Assembly: GCA_977017575.1 (NCBI GenBank)
Contig: CDRNVI010000061.1
Location: 1 to 50,502, forward strand
DNA: 50,502 bases
Direction: 5' to 3'
Source of the DNA: Paramoeba atlantica
Taxonomy: Eukaryota > Protista > Discosea
A program made the translations under genes and the position numbers. Below, piece by piece: positions 1-12,180 of this stretch. The notes under the pieces were generated by a model. That model was not told the DNA's origin. It searched no databases and was given only the letters and a program-made list of their open reading frames with translations. Position 1 is the stretch's first letter, and each line of letters opens with the position of its first letter.

Positions 1-68
1 CGCGCAGCATGAGTGAATTCTAAGTTGAAAACAACCACCGCGTTTAACGAAGAGCCTAAAAAAGAAAA

Positions 69-388
69 TAGAGATTTGAAGTTTAGAAAGATGCAATTCC
101 ATCAATTCTTTCCTTACATGGACGGTTTCCTATTACGTCCAGTTCTCGCAACCTTACCTCGAAGCACACTCCATGCCTCAGCTTCGCGCTTGAATGCAGG
201 AATGTCTCGCGCTAGATCATTTCCAAGGGATTTCCTTTTGAGTAAGGCATTTAAGGACCTTTTGCCAATTTTTCTTTTTTAGGCTCTTCGTTAAACGCGG
301 CTGTAGTTTTCAACGCGAAGCGCGCAGCATGAGTGAATTCTAAGTTGAAAACAACCACCTCGTTTAACGAAGAGCCTAAAAAAGAAAA
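69..388 (+). mobile_element. Element T fragment: ~200-bp body ending in the 119-bp terminal hairpin H (H = 270-388); repeats every 3740 bp
   Basis: The same body plus hairpin occurs inverted at 25870-26178 with a different outer flank. H has 45-bp arms and a 29-nt loop, like the 3' end of element S. Confidence 0.6.
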
Positions 389-546
389 TTATTAATCGAA
401 GCAAAGAGGCAAATGTACACTTAGAAAGCACAAATAACTACGTCAATCCATATCTTTTTCGCTACACGATGATGATGCGACTGGGGGTAAGTCTGCCGAT
501 GGCGCCGTTAAACATAGTATGCCCGGGATTCTGTGGTCAGGAAACT
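389..546 (+). pseudogene. Start of RLE-type non-LTR retroelement C-terminal fragment, cut off at the SINE-1 junction; repeats every 3740 bp
   Basis: Reads ...YLFRYTMMMRLGVSLP...CPGFCGQET and stops inside the CCHC knuckle. The uninterrupted version is at 19097-19750. Confidence 0.75.
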
Positions 547-960
547 GCGGGCGTGGTTGGTAGACGGTGGGCCTTACAACCTGCAGGTTGTTGGTTCGAT
601 TCCCGCTATCGACAAAACTCGCAACCTGGCGGCCTCACTACAAGGGAAAGCGATCAGGAGTGCCTTCAAGGCCCACACCCAACCCCGCTCCCCTGGAGTA
701 CCCGACCCAGAACTGCCGAGCTGAACCAGGCTCCAGCGCAGCCGCTAAATTGCGAGCCGCTTACGCAAAGAAGGCTTGAGACACAGCCTACACGATGCAA
801 CGGGGTGGACGCCCGTACTGGTAGCTACGGTTGGGTAGCCGTGCTCGGGCCGCAAGGCGTCGAGTGCCGTCTGGGAAGGGGGAAGCAAGACGATGAAGGT
901 CGGTGACCTGAGACTCTAACGGTTGGCGCTGCAGAGCCCTCCGTATCTTCTTCTTCTTCT
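547..960 (+). mobile_element. SINE-1 (tRNA-related head, (TCT)n tail), array unit 1
   Basis: A-box-like GGCGTGGTTGG, B box GGTTCGATTCC (593-603) and a TCTTCTTCTTCTTCT tail. Homologous to the TSD-flanked copy at 23958-24387. No TSD is visible here. Confidence 0.85.
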
Positions 961-1057
961 TTTGTAAGACCCTCGTTTTTTGTAAGACCATCGTCTTTTG
1001 TAAGACCATCGTTTTTTGTAAGACCATCGTTTTTTGTAAGACCATCGTTTTTTGTAA
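961..1057. repeat. 18-bp minisatellite (TTTGTAAGACCATCGTTT) x5 plus 7 nt; repeats every 3740 bp
   Basis: Units start at 961, 979, 997, 1015 and 1033. Confidence 0.95.
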
Positions 1058-1072
1058 TCTAATTATAAAAAC

Positions 1073-1486
1073 ATGGCGGATGCTTCCGGCACGTGTAAGG
1101 GGACAGAGGCTTTTGAAACCCTTACGCGCACCAAGCGTAGTCTGGGGGTCATCTTTCGTTCACCCGAGCGAGAGGGGCCAGCTAAACTCCGCCAGAGGGC
1201 GGTGCGAGCGCTCTGTAAGTTTGTCCGCGTTGGGGCTCATCTTCGCGTCGCGTGGAGACACTACAACTGTTGCGAGACTCTGTTTGTTTGGGAGGGCGAG
1301 GTCGTGTGTGAGGGGCCGTCTTATCTTAAAAGCGTAGGCTGGCATACTCAGGGGGGATCCTCGGTAACTCGAGGAACCTTTGGCCGGTACATTTCGTGTT
1401 CCGTACGTGGAGAGGCCGCACACGACTCTCCCCTTTCCCTCCTTACCGAATACAGGTGTCGTGCTCTGCGCGGTGCAGGTGAGTAA
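1073..1486 (+). CDS. Putative ORF1 of LINE-A (137 aa, function unknown); repeats every 3740 bp
   Basis: The ATG sits in an AAAACATGG context directly upstream of, and overlapping, the APE frame. I recognise no domain with confidence. Confidence 0.4.
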   Translation: MADASGTCKGTEAFETLTRTKRSLGVIFRSPEREGPAKLRQRAVRALCKFVRVGAHLRVAWRHYNCCETLFVWEGEVVCEGPSYLKSVGWHTQGGSSVTRGTFGRYISCSVRGEAAHDSPLSLLTEYRCRALRGAGE

Positions 1487-3101
1487 CCCGGAAAAGGCAA
1501 AACGAAGGAGCTCCCGTCACCGCCCTCGGTCACACTGGGCGTCGCGTGGCACACACGCCCAACGAGATTCGGAGAACCTCAAAGGTTCCGCTGTGAAGGA
1601 GAACACAACCTTTGCAACGCTTAACGTTACGACGTTAAAACTCGAGGGGGAAGATGAATTCTCTATTCGAAGATGCACCCGTTTGAACGAGGTGCTTGCT
1701 TTCATGCAGGTAAGGTGGGTTGTTGTCATGTGCCTAAAGGAGGCAAGATATAATTTCTCGAAGGAAGAACATGAGGATGGAATCCTCTACAGACAGGTTG
1801 AAAACCTAGGGGATAGGTTTCACCTGTATTTGCAGTCGGCCGCCGCACGCGATTCATATAATGGCATGGCCATAGTGAGCCGGCATGCGTTTCGGAAGGT
1901 TTGGATGGTGAGCAACAGGGTGATGGGAGCTGAGTATCCCCTGGAGGAGGGTACTGGCACTTTGTTCAATGCCTATGCCCCCATAAGGGACTCCTCAGAA
2001 GCCGTTCATGCGGCATTTATGGGTGACTTTGACAAGGCGTGTCGTGAGGTCAAGGCTGAACGGAAACGCAGACCTTTATTGTTCATGGGGGATTTCAATG
2101 CACCGATAACGCTCGTGACAAATCCGAGCATGGATCCCCCAGCGGTCTCTCAGCTGAAAGGCCTCTTGTGCTCCATTAGCTGCAAGTAAGCACACACCCT
2201 CTGCCCGAGCAAGAGGAAATGGACATGTGAGTTGCCGGGCAGGGGGGCGGAGACAAAGGACCGTCGCAACGTAGGAACAGAGAAGTTGGGGCAGAAGGGG
2301 GAAGAAGGAAAGGTGGAAATGGGAAGGAAAGGATCAGAGCCAGAGGGGACGGATAACAACGGTATTGTGAAGAGGGGCAGGGAAGGTGAGGAAAATGGGG
2401 ACAAGGCCTGCGGGTACATACATGTAAAAGGAGAGATCGGCAACAAGGGAGGTAGCAAAAGGCGTGGGGACAACAAGGTGCGGAGACAGCTTGACCACAT
2501 CATGGTTAGTGAGCGCTTTGCCTCCAGCATTAGGAGGCACAAAGTACTCAAGGCGCCAGTGCCTACAGTACACTGCGTCGTTATGGCGGATGTGAAAATC
2601 AAGTGGCGTTCTAAAGGTACAGGGGGGCAAAGCAAGGTACCCTGCCCAAGACTTGGAGATGAAGAGAAGAAGGCATCCTTCCAGCAAGCAGTGTGGGAAA
2701 TGGCGAAGAAAGAGGAAGAGATCACATGGGAACACTTATCGGAAAATATGGTGCACGCAGCGAAAAGACTCTCAAAAAAGGACCAAACCCCAAAAACGAC
2801 CAACGCACCTACAGGGACAGAAACCACACCACCGGGTACAGAAACACCGCGCATCTCAGGGTTTCGCGACTTATTTCTTCAGAGTCGAAAACCGGACCAC
2901 TTCAAGGAAGTGCTAAAAGAGCACGGAGAAGAAATTGAGGCGCAGATTGGGCAAGAAAGCGCCGAAATTGAAGCAGGTCTGCGGCGAAACCGTTCTAATC
3001 CGTGGCGTACGCTACGTAGAATTTGCCGTTTGTACAGGGAAACTCTTTGCATCCAGACCTCGTCGACAAGGGAAACTCTTAACATTGTTAAAGATTTCTT
3101 T
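1368..3101 (+). pseudogene. LINE-A AP-endonuclease domain plus linker; in-frame TAA at 2187-2189, truncated before RT (unit 1)
   Basis: APE motifs TLNV, CLKEAR, GMAI, NAYAP, MGDFNA, QLDHIMV and TVH. ORFs 1380-2189 and 2232-3170 share one frame, and the stop aligns with Ser in LINE-B (QSAHEG vs K*AHTL). Confidence 0.9.
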
Positions 3102-3808
3102 GGGGGGGTCATGGTCGAGCAATTTTTTTCGAAAAAATTAGTTTTCGAAAAAAAACCGCAGAAAGGGTAGCCGGGGTCTTGGCGCGCATTTTCCACCCCC
3201 CTACCCGGGGGTGACCCCCCCGCGTATCCGCAGAACGGGTCCGCCAAGTTGGGATTTTTTCGGAAAAAAAATTTTGAAAAAAATTTCAACTTGGCGAAAA
3301 AAATGACAAAAAAAATATTTTTCCAAAATCGTTTCCCCTATTGTATTTTGATAGTTTGGGACCTACACTAGCTTTCTCCGCAGTTGTTTTCGCAAGGTAT
3401 CCCTTCTTCAAACTGTGGTGCGCCCCTCAAAATGACCCACTTTTGACTAAAAATGGTGAAAAAGTATTTTTCGGACCTAAAGGGGCATTTTTGGGTCGAA
3501 AGAATGGTATGGTTGGAGTCGTATTCTCTACCCAATACGTTCGGTAGGCTTTCATTCATGCCTGCGAGTGATTTCCCACGCGCAAATGTCGGATTTAGTG
3601 CTCTGAGAGCAAAAATATGCGAAAATTACCCCATTTTTACCCGAAATTCGGCAATTTTTGGCTATAATCTTTCCGTTTTCCAGGCTAAATTTTCTTTTTT
3701 AGGCTCTTCGTTAAACGCGGCGGTAGTTTTCAACGCGAAGCGCGCAGCATGAGTGAATTCTAAGTTGAAAACAACCACCGCGTTTAACGAAGAGCCTAAA
3801 AAAGAAAA
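3102..3808 (+). mobile_element. Element S, 5'-truncated, ending in hairpin H (3690-3808); also at 6842-7548, 10582-11288, 14322-15028 and 18062-18776
   Basis: Matches the 3' ~700 bp of the full copies at 21225-22175 and 27507-28456. It begins at a G-tract. Confidence 0.85.
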
Positions 3809-4286
3809 TAGAGATTTGAAGTTTAGAAAGATGCAATTCCATCAATTCTTTCCTTACATGGACGGTTTCCTATTACGTCCAGTTCTCGCAACCTTACCTC
3901 GAAGCACACTCCATGCCTCAGCTTCGCGCTTGAATGCAGGAATGTCTCGCGCTAGATCATTTCCAAGGGATTTCCTTTTGAGTAAGGCATTTAAGGACCT
4001 TTTGCCAATTTTTCTTTTTTAGGCTCTTCGTTAAACGCGGCTGTAGTTTTCAACGCGAAGCGCGCAGCATGAGTGACTTCTAAGTTGAAAACAACCACCT
4101 CGTTTAACGAAGAGCCTAAAAAAGAAAATTATTAATCGAAGCAAAGAGGCAAATGTACACTTAGAAAGCACAAATAACTACGTCAATCCATATCTTTTTC
4201 GCTACACGATGATGATGCGACTGGGGGTAAGTCTGCCGATGGCGCCGTTAAACATAGTATGCCCGGGATTCTGTGGTCAGGAAACT

Positions 4287-4700
4287 GCGGGCGTGGTTGG
4301 TAGACGGTGGGCCTTACAACCTGCAGGTTGTTGGTTCGATTCCCGCTATCGACAAAACTCGCAACCTGGCGGCCTCACTACAAGGGAAAGCGATCAGGAG
4401 TGCCTTCAAGGCCCACACCCAACCCCGCTCCCCTGGAGTACCCGACCCAGAACTGCCGAGCTGAACCAGGCTCCAGCGCAGCCGCTAAATTGCGAGCCGC
4501 TTACGCAAAGAAGGCTTGAGACACAGCCTACACGATGCAACGGGGTGGACGCCCGTACTGGTAGCTACGGTTGGGTAGCCGTGCTCGGGCCGCAAGGCGT
4601 CGAGTGCCGTCTGGGAAGGGGGAAGCAAGACGATGAAGGTCGGTGACCTGAGACTCTAACGGTTGGCGCTGCAGAGCCCTCCGTATCTTCTTCTTCTTCT
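4287..4700 (+). mobile_element. SINE-1, array unit 2
   Basis: Copy of 547-960 at +3740. Confidence 0.85.
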
Positions 4701-5107
4701 TTTGTAAGACCCTCGTTTTTTGTAAGACCATCGTCTTTTGTAAGACCATCGTTTTTTGTAAGACCATCGTTTTTTGTAAGACCATCGTTTTTTGTAATCT
4801 AATTATAAAAACATGGCGGATGCTTCCGGCACGTGTAAGGGGACAGAGGCTTTTGAAACCCTTACGCGCACCAAGCGTAGTCTGGGGGTCATCTTTCGTT
4901 CACCCGAGCGAGAGGGGCCAGCTAAACTCCGCCAGAGGGCGGTGCGAGCGCTCTGTAAGTTTGTCCGCGTTGGGGCTCATCTTCGCGTCGCGTGGAGACA
5001 CTACAACTGTTGCGAGACTCTGTTTGTTTGGGAGGGCGAGGTCGTGTGTGAGGGGCCGTCTTATCTTAAAAGCGTAGGCTGGCATACTCAGGGGGGATCC
5101 TCGGTAA

Positions 5108-6841
5108 CTCGAGGAACCTTTGGCCGGTACATTTCGTGTTCCGTACGTGGAGAGGCCGCACACGACTCTCCCCTTTCCCTCCTTACCGAATACAGGTGTC
5201 GTGCTCTGCGCGGTGCAGGTGAGTAACCCGGAAAAGGCAAAACGAAGGAGCTCCCGTCACCGCCCTCGGTCACACTGGGCGTCGCGTGGCACACACGCCC
5301 AACGAGATTCGGAGAACCTCAAAGGTTCCGCTGTGAAGGAGAACACAACCTTTGCAACGCTTAACGTTACGACGTTAAAACTCGAGGGGGAAGATGAATT
5401 CTCTATTCGAAGATGCACCCGTTTGAACGAGGTGCTTGCTTTCATGCAGGTAAGGTGGGTTGTTGTCATGTGCCTAAAGGAGGCAAGATATAATTTCTCG
5501 AAGGAAGAACATGAGGATGGAATCCTCTACAGGCAGGTTGAAAACCTAGGGGATAGGTTTCACCTGTATTTGCAGTCGGCCGCCGCACGCGATTCATATA
5601 ATGGCATGGCCATAGTGAGCCGGCATGCGTTTCGGAAGGTTTGGATGGTGAGCAACAGGGTGATGGGAGCTGAGTATCCCCTGGAGGAGGGTACTGGCAC
5701 TTTGTTCAATGCCTATGCCCCCATAAGGGACTCCTCAGAAGCCGTTCATGCGGCATTTATGGGTGACTTTGACAAGGCGTGTCGTGAGGTCAAGGCTGAA
5801 CGGAAACGCAGACCTTTATTGTTCATGGGGGATTTCAATGCACCGATAACGCTCGTGACAAATCCGAGCATGGATCCCCCAGCGGTCTCTCAGCTGAAAG
5901 GCCTCTTGTGCTCCATTAGCTGCAAGTAAGCACACACCCTCTGCCCGAGCAAGAGGAAATGGACATGTGAGTTGCCGGGCAGGGGGGCGGAGACAAAGGA
6001 CCGTCGCAACGTAGGAACAGAGAAGTTGGGGCAGAAGGGGGAAGAAGGAAAGGTGGAAATGGGAAGGAAAGGATCAGAGCCAGAGGGGACGGATAACAAC
6101 GGTATTGTGAAGAGGGGCAGGGAAGGTGAGGAAAATGGGGACAAGGCCTGCGGGTACATACATGTAAAAGGAGAGATCGGCAACAAGGGAGGTAGCAAAA
6201 GGCGTGGGGACAACAAGGTGCGGAGACAGCTTGACCACATCATGGTTAGTGAGCGCTTTGCCTCCAGCATTAGGAGGCACAAAGTACTCAAGGCGCCAGT
6301 GCCTACAGTACACTGCGTCGTTATGGCGGATGTGAAAATCAAGTGGCGTTCTAAAGGTACAGGGGGGCAAAGCAAGGTACCCTGCCCAAGACTTGGAGAT
6401 GAAGAGAAGAAGGCATCCTTCCAGCAAGCAGTGTGGGAAATGGCGAAGAAAGAGGAAGAGATCACATGGGAACACTTATCGGAAAATATGGTGCACGCAG
6501 CGAAAAGACTCTCAAAAAAGGACCAAACCCCAAAAACGACCAACGCACCTACAGGGACAGAAACCACACCACCGGGTACAGAAACACCGCGCATCTCAGG
6601 GTTTCGCGACTTATTTCTTCAGAGTCGAAAACCGGACCACTTCAAGGAAGTGCTAAAAGAGCACGGAGAAGAAATTGAGGCGCAGATTGGGCAAGAAAGC
6701 GCCGAAATTGAAGCAGGTCTGCGGCGAAACCGTTCTAATCCGTGGCGTACGCTACGTAGAATTTGCCGTTTGTACAGGGAAACTCTTTGCATCCAGACCT
6801 CGTCGACAAGGGAAACTCTTAACATTGTTAAAGATTTCTTT
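5108..6841 (+). pseudogene. LINE-A APE pseudogene, unit 2
   Basis: Same translation and same stop as unit 1. Confidence 0.9.
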
Positions 6842-8026
6842 GGGGGGGTCATGGTCGAGCAATTTTTTTCGAAAAAATTAGTTTTCGAAAAAAAACCGCA
6901 GAAAGGGTAGCCGGGGTCTTGGCGCGCATTTTCCACCCCCCTACCCGGGGGTGACCCCCCCGCGTATCCGCAGAACGGGTCCGCCAAGTTGGGATTTTTT
7001 CGGAAAAAAAATTTTGAAAAAAATTTCAACTTGGCGAAAAAAATGACAAAAAAAATATTTTTCCAAAATCGTTTCCCCTATTGTATTTTGATAGTTTGGG
7101 ACCTACACTAGCTTTCTCCGCAGTTGTTTTCGCAAGGTATCCCTTCTTCAAACTGTGGTGCGCCCCTCAAAATGACCCACTTTTGACTAAAAATGGTGAA
7201 AAAGTATTTTTCGGACCTAAAGGGGCATTTTTGGGTCGAAAGAATGGTATGGTTGGAGTCGTATTCTCTACCCAATACGTTCGGTAGGCTTTCATTCATG
7301 CCTGCGAGTGATTTCCCACGCGCAAATGTCGGATTTAGTGCTCTGAGAGCAAAAATATGCGAAAATTACCCCATTTGTACCCGAAATTCGGCTATTTTTG
7401 GCTATAATCTTTCCGTTTTCCAGGCTAAATTTTCTTTTTTAGGCTCTTCGTTAAACGCGGCGGTAGTTTTCAACGCGAAGCGCGCAGCATGAGTGAATTC
7501 TAAGTTGAAAACAACCACCGCGTTTAACGAAGAGCCTAAAAAAGAAAATAGAGATTTGAAGTTTAGAAAGATGCAATTCCATCAATTCTTTCCTTACATG
7601 GACGGTTTCCTATTACGTCCAGTTCTCGCAACCTTACCTCGAAGCACACTCCATGCCTCAGCTTCGCGCTTGAATGCAGGAATGTCTCGCGCTAGATCAT
7701 TTCCAAGGGATTTCCTTTTGAGTAAGGCATTTAAGGACCTTTTGCCAATTTTTCTTTTTTAGGCTCTTCGTTAAACGCGGCTGTAGTTTTCAACGCGAAG
7801 CGCGCAGCATGAGTGACTTCTAAGTTGAAAACAACCACCTCGTTTAACGAAGAGCCTAAAAAAGAAAATTATTAATCGAAGCAAAGAGGCAAATGTACAC
7901 TTAGAAAGCACAAATAACTACGTCAATCCATATCTTTTTCGCTACACGATGATGATGCGACTGGGGGTAAGTCTGCCGATGGCGCCGTTAAACATAGTAT
8001 GCCCGGGATTCTGTGGTCAGGAAACT

Positions 8027-8440
8027 GCGGGCGTGGTTGGTAGACGGTGGGCCTTACAACCTGCAGGTTGTTGGTTCGATTCCCGCTATCGACAAAACTC
8101 GCAACCTGGCGGCCTCACTACAAGGGAAAGCGATCAGGAGTGCCTTCAAGGCCCACACCCAACCCCGCTCCCCTGGAGTACCCGACCCAGAACTGCCGAG
8201 CTGAACCAGGCTCCAGCGCAGCCGCTAAATTGCGAGCCGCTTACGCAAAGAAGGCTTGAGACACAGCCTACACGATGCAACGGGGTGGACGCCCGTACTG
8301 GTAGCTACGGTTGGGTAGCCGTGCTCGGGCCGCAAGGCGTCGAGTGCCGTCTGGGAAGGGGGAAGCAAGACGATGAAGGTCGGTGACCTGAGACTCTAAC
8401 GGTTGGCGCTGCAGAGCCCTCCGTATCTTCTTCTTCTTCT
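8027..8440 (+). mobile_element. SINE-1, array unit 3
   Basis: Copy of 547-960 at +7480. Confidence 0.85.
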
Positions 8441-8847
8441 TTTGTAAGACCCTCGTTTTTTGTAAGACCATCGTCTTTTGTAAGACCATCGTTTTTTGTA
8501 AGACCATCGTTTTTTGTAAGACCATCGTTTTTTGTAATCTAATTATAAAAACATGGCGGATGCTTCCGGCACGTGTAAGGGGACAGAGGCTTTTGAAACC
8601 CTTACGCGCACCAAGCGTAGTCTGGGGGTCATCTTTCGTTCACCCGAGCGAGAGGGGCCAGCTAAACTCCGCCAGAGGGCGGTGCGAGCGCTCTGTAAGT
8701 TTGTCCGCGTTGGGGCTCATCTTCGCGTCGCGTGGAGACACTACAACTGTTGCGAGACTCTGTTTGTTTGGGAGGGCGAGGTCGTGTGTGAGGGGCCGTC
8801 TTATCTTAAAAGCGTAGGCTGGCATACTCAGGGGGGATCCTCGGTAA

Positions 8848-10581
8848 CTCGAGGAACCTTTGGCCGGTACATTTCGTGTTCCGTACGTGGAGAGGCCGCA
8901 CACGACTCTCCCCTTTCCCTCCTTACCGAATACAGGTGTCGTGCTCTGCGCGGTGCAGGTGAGTAACCCGGAAAAGGCAAAACGAAGGAGCTCCCGTCAC
9001 CGCCCTCGGTCACACTGGGCGTCGCGTGGCACACACGCCCAACGAGATTCGGAGAACCTCAAAGGTTCCGCTGTGAAGGAGAACACAACCTTTGCAACGC
9101 TTAACGTTACGACGTTAAAACTCGAGGGGGAAGATGAATTCTCTATTCGAAGATGCACCCGTTTGAACGAGGTGCTTGCTTTCATGCAGGTAAGGTGGGT
9201 TGTTGTCATGTGCCTAAAGGAGGCAAGATATAATTTCTCGAAGGAAGAACATGAGGATGGAATCCTCTACAGGCAGGTTGAAAACCTAGGGGATAGGTTT
9301 CACCTGTATTTGCAGTCGGCCGCCGCACGCGATTCATATAATGGCATGGCCATAGTGAGCCGGCATGCGTTTCGGAAGGTTTGGATGGTGAGCAACAGGG
9401 TGATGGGAGCTGAGTATCCCCTGGAGGAGGGTACTGGCACTTTGTTCAATGCCTATGCCCCCATAAGGGACTCCTCAGAAGCCGTTCATGCGGCATTTAT
9501 GGGTGACTTTGACAAGGCGTGTCGTGAGGTCAAGGCTGAACGGAAACGCAGACCTTTATTGTTCATGGGGGATTTCAATGCACCGATAACGCTCGTGACA
9601 AATCCGAGCATGGATCCCCCAGCGGTCTCTCAGCTGAAAGGCCTCTTGTGCTCCATTAGCTGCAAGTAAGCACACACCCTCTGCCCGAGCAAGAGGAAAT
9701 GGACATGTGAGTTGCCGGGCAGGGGGGCGGAGACAAAGGACCGTCGCAACGTAGGAACAGAGAAGTTGGGGCAGAAGGGGGAAGAAGGAAAGGTGGAAAT
9801 GGGAAGGAAAGGATCAGAGCCAGAGGGGACGGATAACAACGGTATTGTGAAGAGGGGCAGGGAAGGTGAGGAAAATGGGGACAAGGCCTGCGGGTACATA
9901 CATGTAAAAGGAGAGATCGGCAACAAGGGAGGTAGCAAAAGGCGTGGGGACAACAAGGTGCGGAGACAGCTTGACCACATCATGGTTAGTGAGCGCTTTG
10001 CCTCCAGCATTAGGAGGCACAAAGTACTCAAGGCGCCAGTGCCTACAGTACACTGCGTCGTTATGGCGGATGTGAAAATCAAGTGGCGTTCTAAAGGTAC
10101 AGGGGGGCAAAGCAAGGTACCCTGCCCAAGACTTGGAGATGAAGAGAAGAAGGCATCCTTCCAGCAAGCAGTGTGGGAAATGGCGAAGAAAGAGGAAGAG
10201 ATCACATGGGAACACTTATCGGAAAATATGGTGCACGCAGCGAAAAGACTCTCAAAAAAGGACCAAACCCCAAAAACGACCAACGCACCTACAGGGACAG
10301 AAACCACACCACCGGGTACAGAAACACCGCGCATCTCAGGGTTTCGCGACTTATTTCTTCAGAGTCGAAAACCGGACCACTTCAAGGAAGTGCTAAAAGA
10401 GCACGGAGAAGAAATTGAGGCGCAGATTGGGCAAGAAAGCGCCGAAATTGAAGCAGGTCTGCGGCGAAACCGTTCTAATCCGTGGCGTACGCTACGTAGA
10501 ATTTGCCGTTTGTACAGGGAAACTCTTTGCATCCAGACCTCGTCGACAAGGGAAACTCTTAACATTGTTAAAGATTTCTTT
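8848..10581 (+). pseudogene. LINE-A APE pseudogene, unit 3
   Basis: Same translation and same stop as unit 1. Confidence 0.9.
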
Positions 10582-11766
10582 GGGGGGGTCATGGTCGAGC
10601 AATTTTTTTCGAAAAAATTAGTTTTCGAAAAAAAACCGCAGAAAGGGTAGCCGGGGTCTTGGCGCGCATTTTCCACCCCCCTACCCGGGGGTGACCCCCC
10701 CGCGTATCCGCAGAACGGGTCCGCCAAGTTGGGATTTTTTCGGAAAAAAAATTTTGAAAAAAATTTCAACTTGGCGAAAAAAATGACAAAAAAAATATTT
10801 TTCCAAAATCGTTTCCCCTATTGTATTTTGATAGTTTGGGACCTACACTAGCTTTCTCCGCAGTTGTTTTCGCAAGGTATCCCTTCTTCAAACTGTGGTG
10901 CGCCCCTCAAAATGACCCACTTTTGACTAAAAATGGTGAAAAAGTATTTTTCGGACCTAAAGGGGCATTTTTGGGTCGAAAGAATGGTATGGTTGGAGTC
11001 GTATTCTCTACCCAATACGTTCGGTAGGCTTTCATTCATGCCTGCGAGTGATTTCCCACGCGCAAATGTCGGATTTAGTGCTCTGAGAGCAAAAATATGC
11101 GAAAATTACCCCATTTTTACCCGAAATTCGGCAATTTTTGGCTATAATCTTTCCGTTTTCCAGGCTAAATTTTCTTTTTTAGGCTCTTCGTTAAACGCGG
11201 CTGTAGTTTTCAACGCGAAGCGCGCAGCATGAGTGAATTCTAAGTTGAAAACAACCACCGCGTTTAACGAAGAGCCTAAAAAAGAAAATAGAGATTTGAA
11301 GTTTAGAAAGATGCAATTCCATCAATTCTTTCCTTACATGGACGGTTTCCTATTACGTCCAGTTCTCGCAACCTTACCTCGAAGCACACTCCATGCCTCA
11401 GCTTCGCGCTTGAATGCAGGAATGTCTCGCGCTAGATCATTTCCAAGGGATTTCCTTTTGAGTAAGGCATTTAAGGACCTTTTGCCAATTTTTCTTTTTT
11501 AGGCTCTTCGTTAAACGCGGCTGTAGTTTTCAACGCGAAGCGCGCAGCATGAGTGACTTCTAAGTTGAAAACAACCACCTCGTTTAACGAAGAGCCTAAA
11601 AAAGAAAATTATTAATCGAAGCAAAGAGGCAAATGTACACTTAGAAAGCACAAATAACTACGTCAATCCATATCTTTTTCGCTACACGATGATGATGCGA
11701 CTGGGGGTAAGTCTGCCGATGGCGCCGTTAAACATAGTATGCCCGGGATTCTGTGGTCAGGAAACT

Positions 11767-12180
11767 GCGGGCGTGGTTGGTAGACGGTGGGCCTTACAAC
11801 CTGCAGGTTGTTGGTTCGATTCCCGCTATCGACAAAACTCGCAACCTGGCGGCCTCACTACAAGGGAAAGCGATCAGGAGTGCCTTCAAGGCCCACACCC
11901 AACCCCGCTCCCCTGGAGTACCCGACCCAGAACTGCCGAGCTGAACCAGGCTCCAGCGCAGCCGCTAAATTGCGAGCCGCTTACGCAAAGAAGGCTTGAG
12001 ACACAGCCTACACGATGCAACGGGGTGGACGCCCGTACTGGTAGCTACGGTTGGGTAGCCGTGCTCGGGCCGCAAGGCGTCGAGTGCCGTCTGGGAAGGG
12101 GGAAGCAAGACGATGAAGGTCGGTGACCTGAGACTCTAACGGTTGGCGCTGCAGAGCCCTCCGTATCTTCTTCTTCTTCT
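11767..12180 (+). mobile_element. SINE-1, array unit 4
   Basis: Copy of 547-960 at +11220. Confidence 0.85.

Noticed and set aside
13-282. Short ORFs across hairpin H, element S/T and the minisatellites (for example MNSKLK..., MVKKYF..., MVLQKT..., KITIFI repeats)
   Set aside because: They are translations of non-coding repeats, are open on both strands and have no recognisable motifs. Many use non-ATG starts.
547-614. Functional tRNA-Val(TAC) gene
   Set aside because: The anticodon and T stems do not pair properly, there is no terminator after the tRNA-like region, and the sequence runs into a SINE body whose other copy has a TSD.
1068-1090. YY1-like (AACATGGCG) and ETS-like (CTTCCGG) promoter motifs at the LINE-A start
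   Set aside because: Short motifs overlapping a start codon, in an unknown host, with no independent support.
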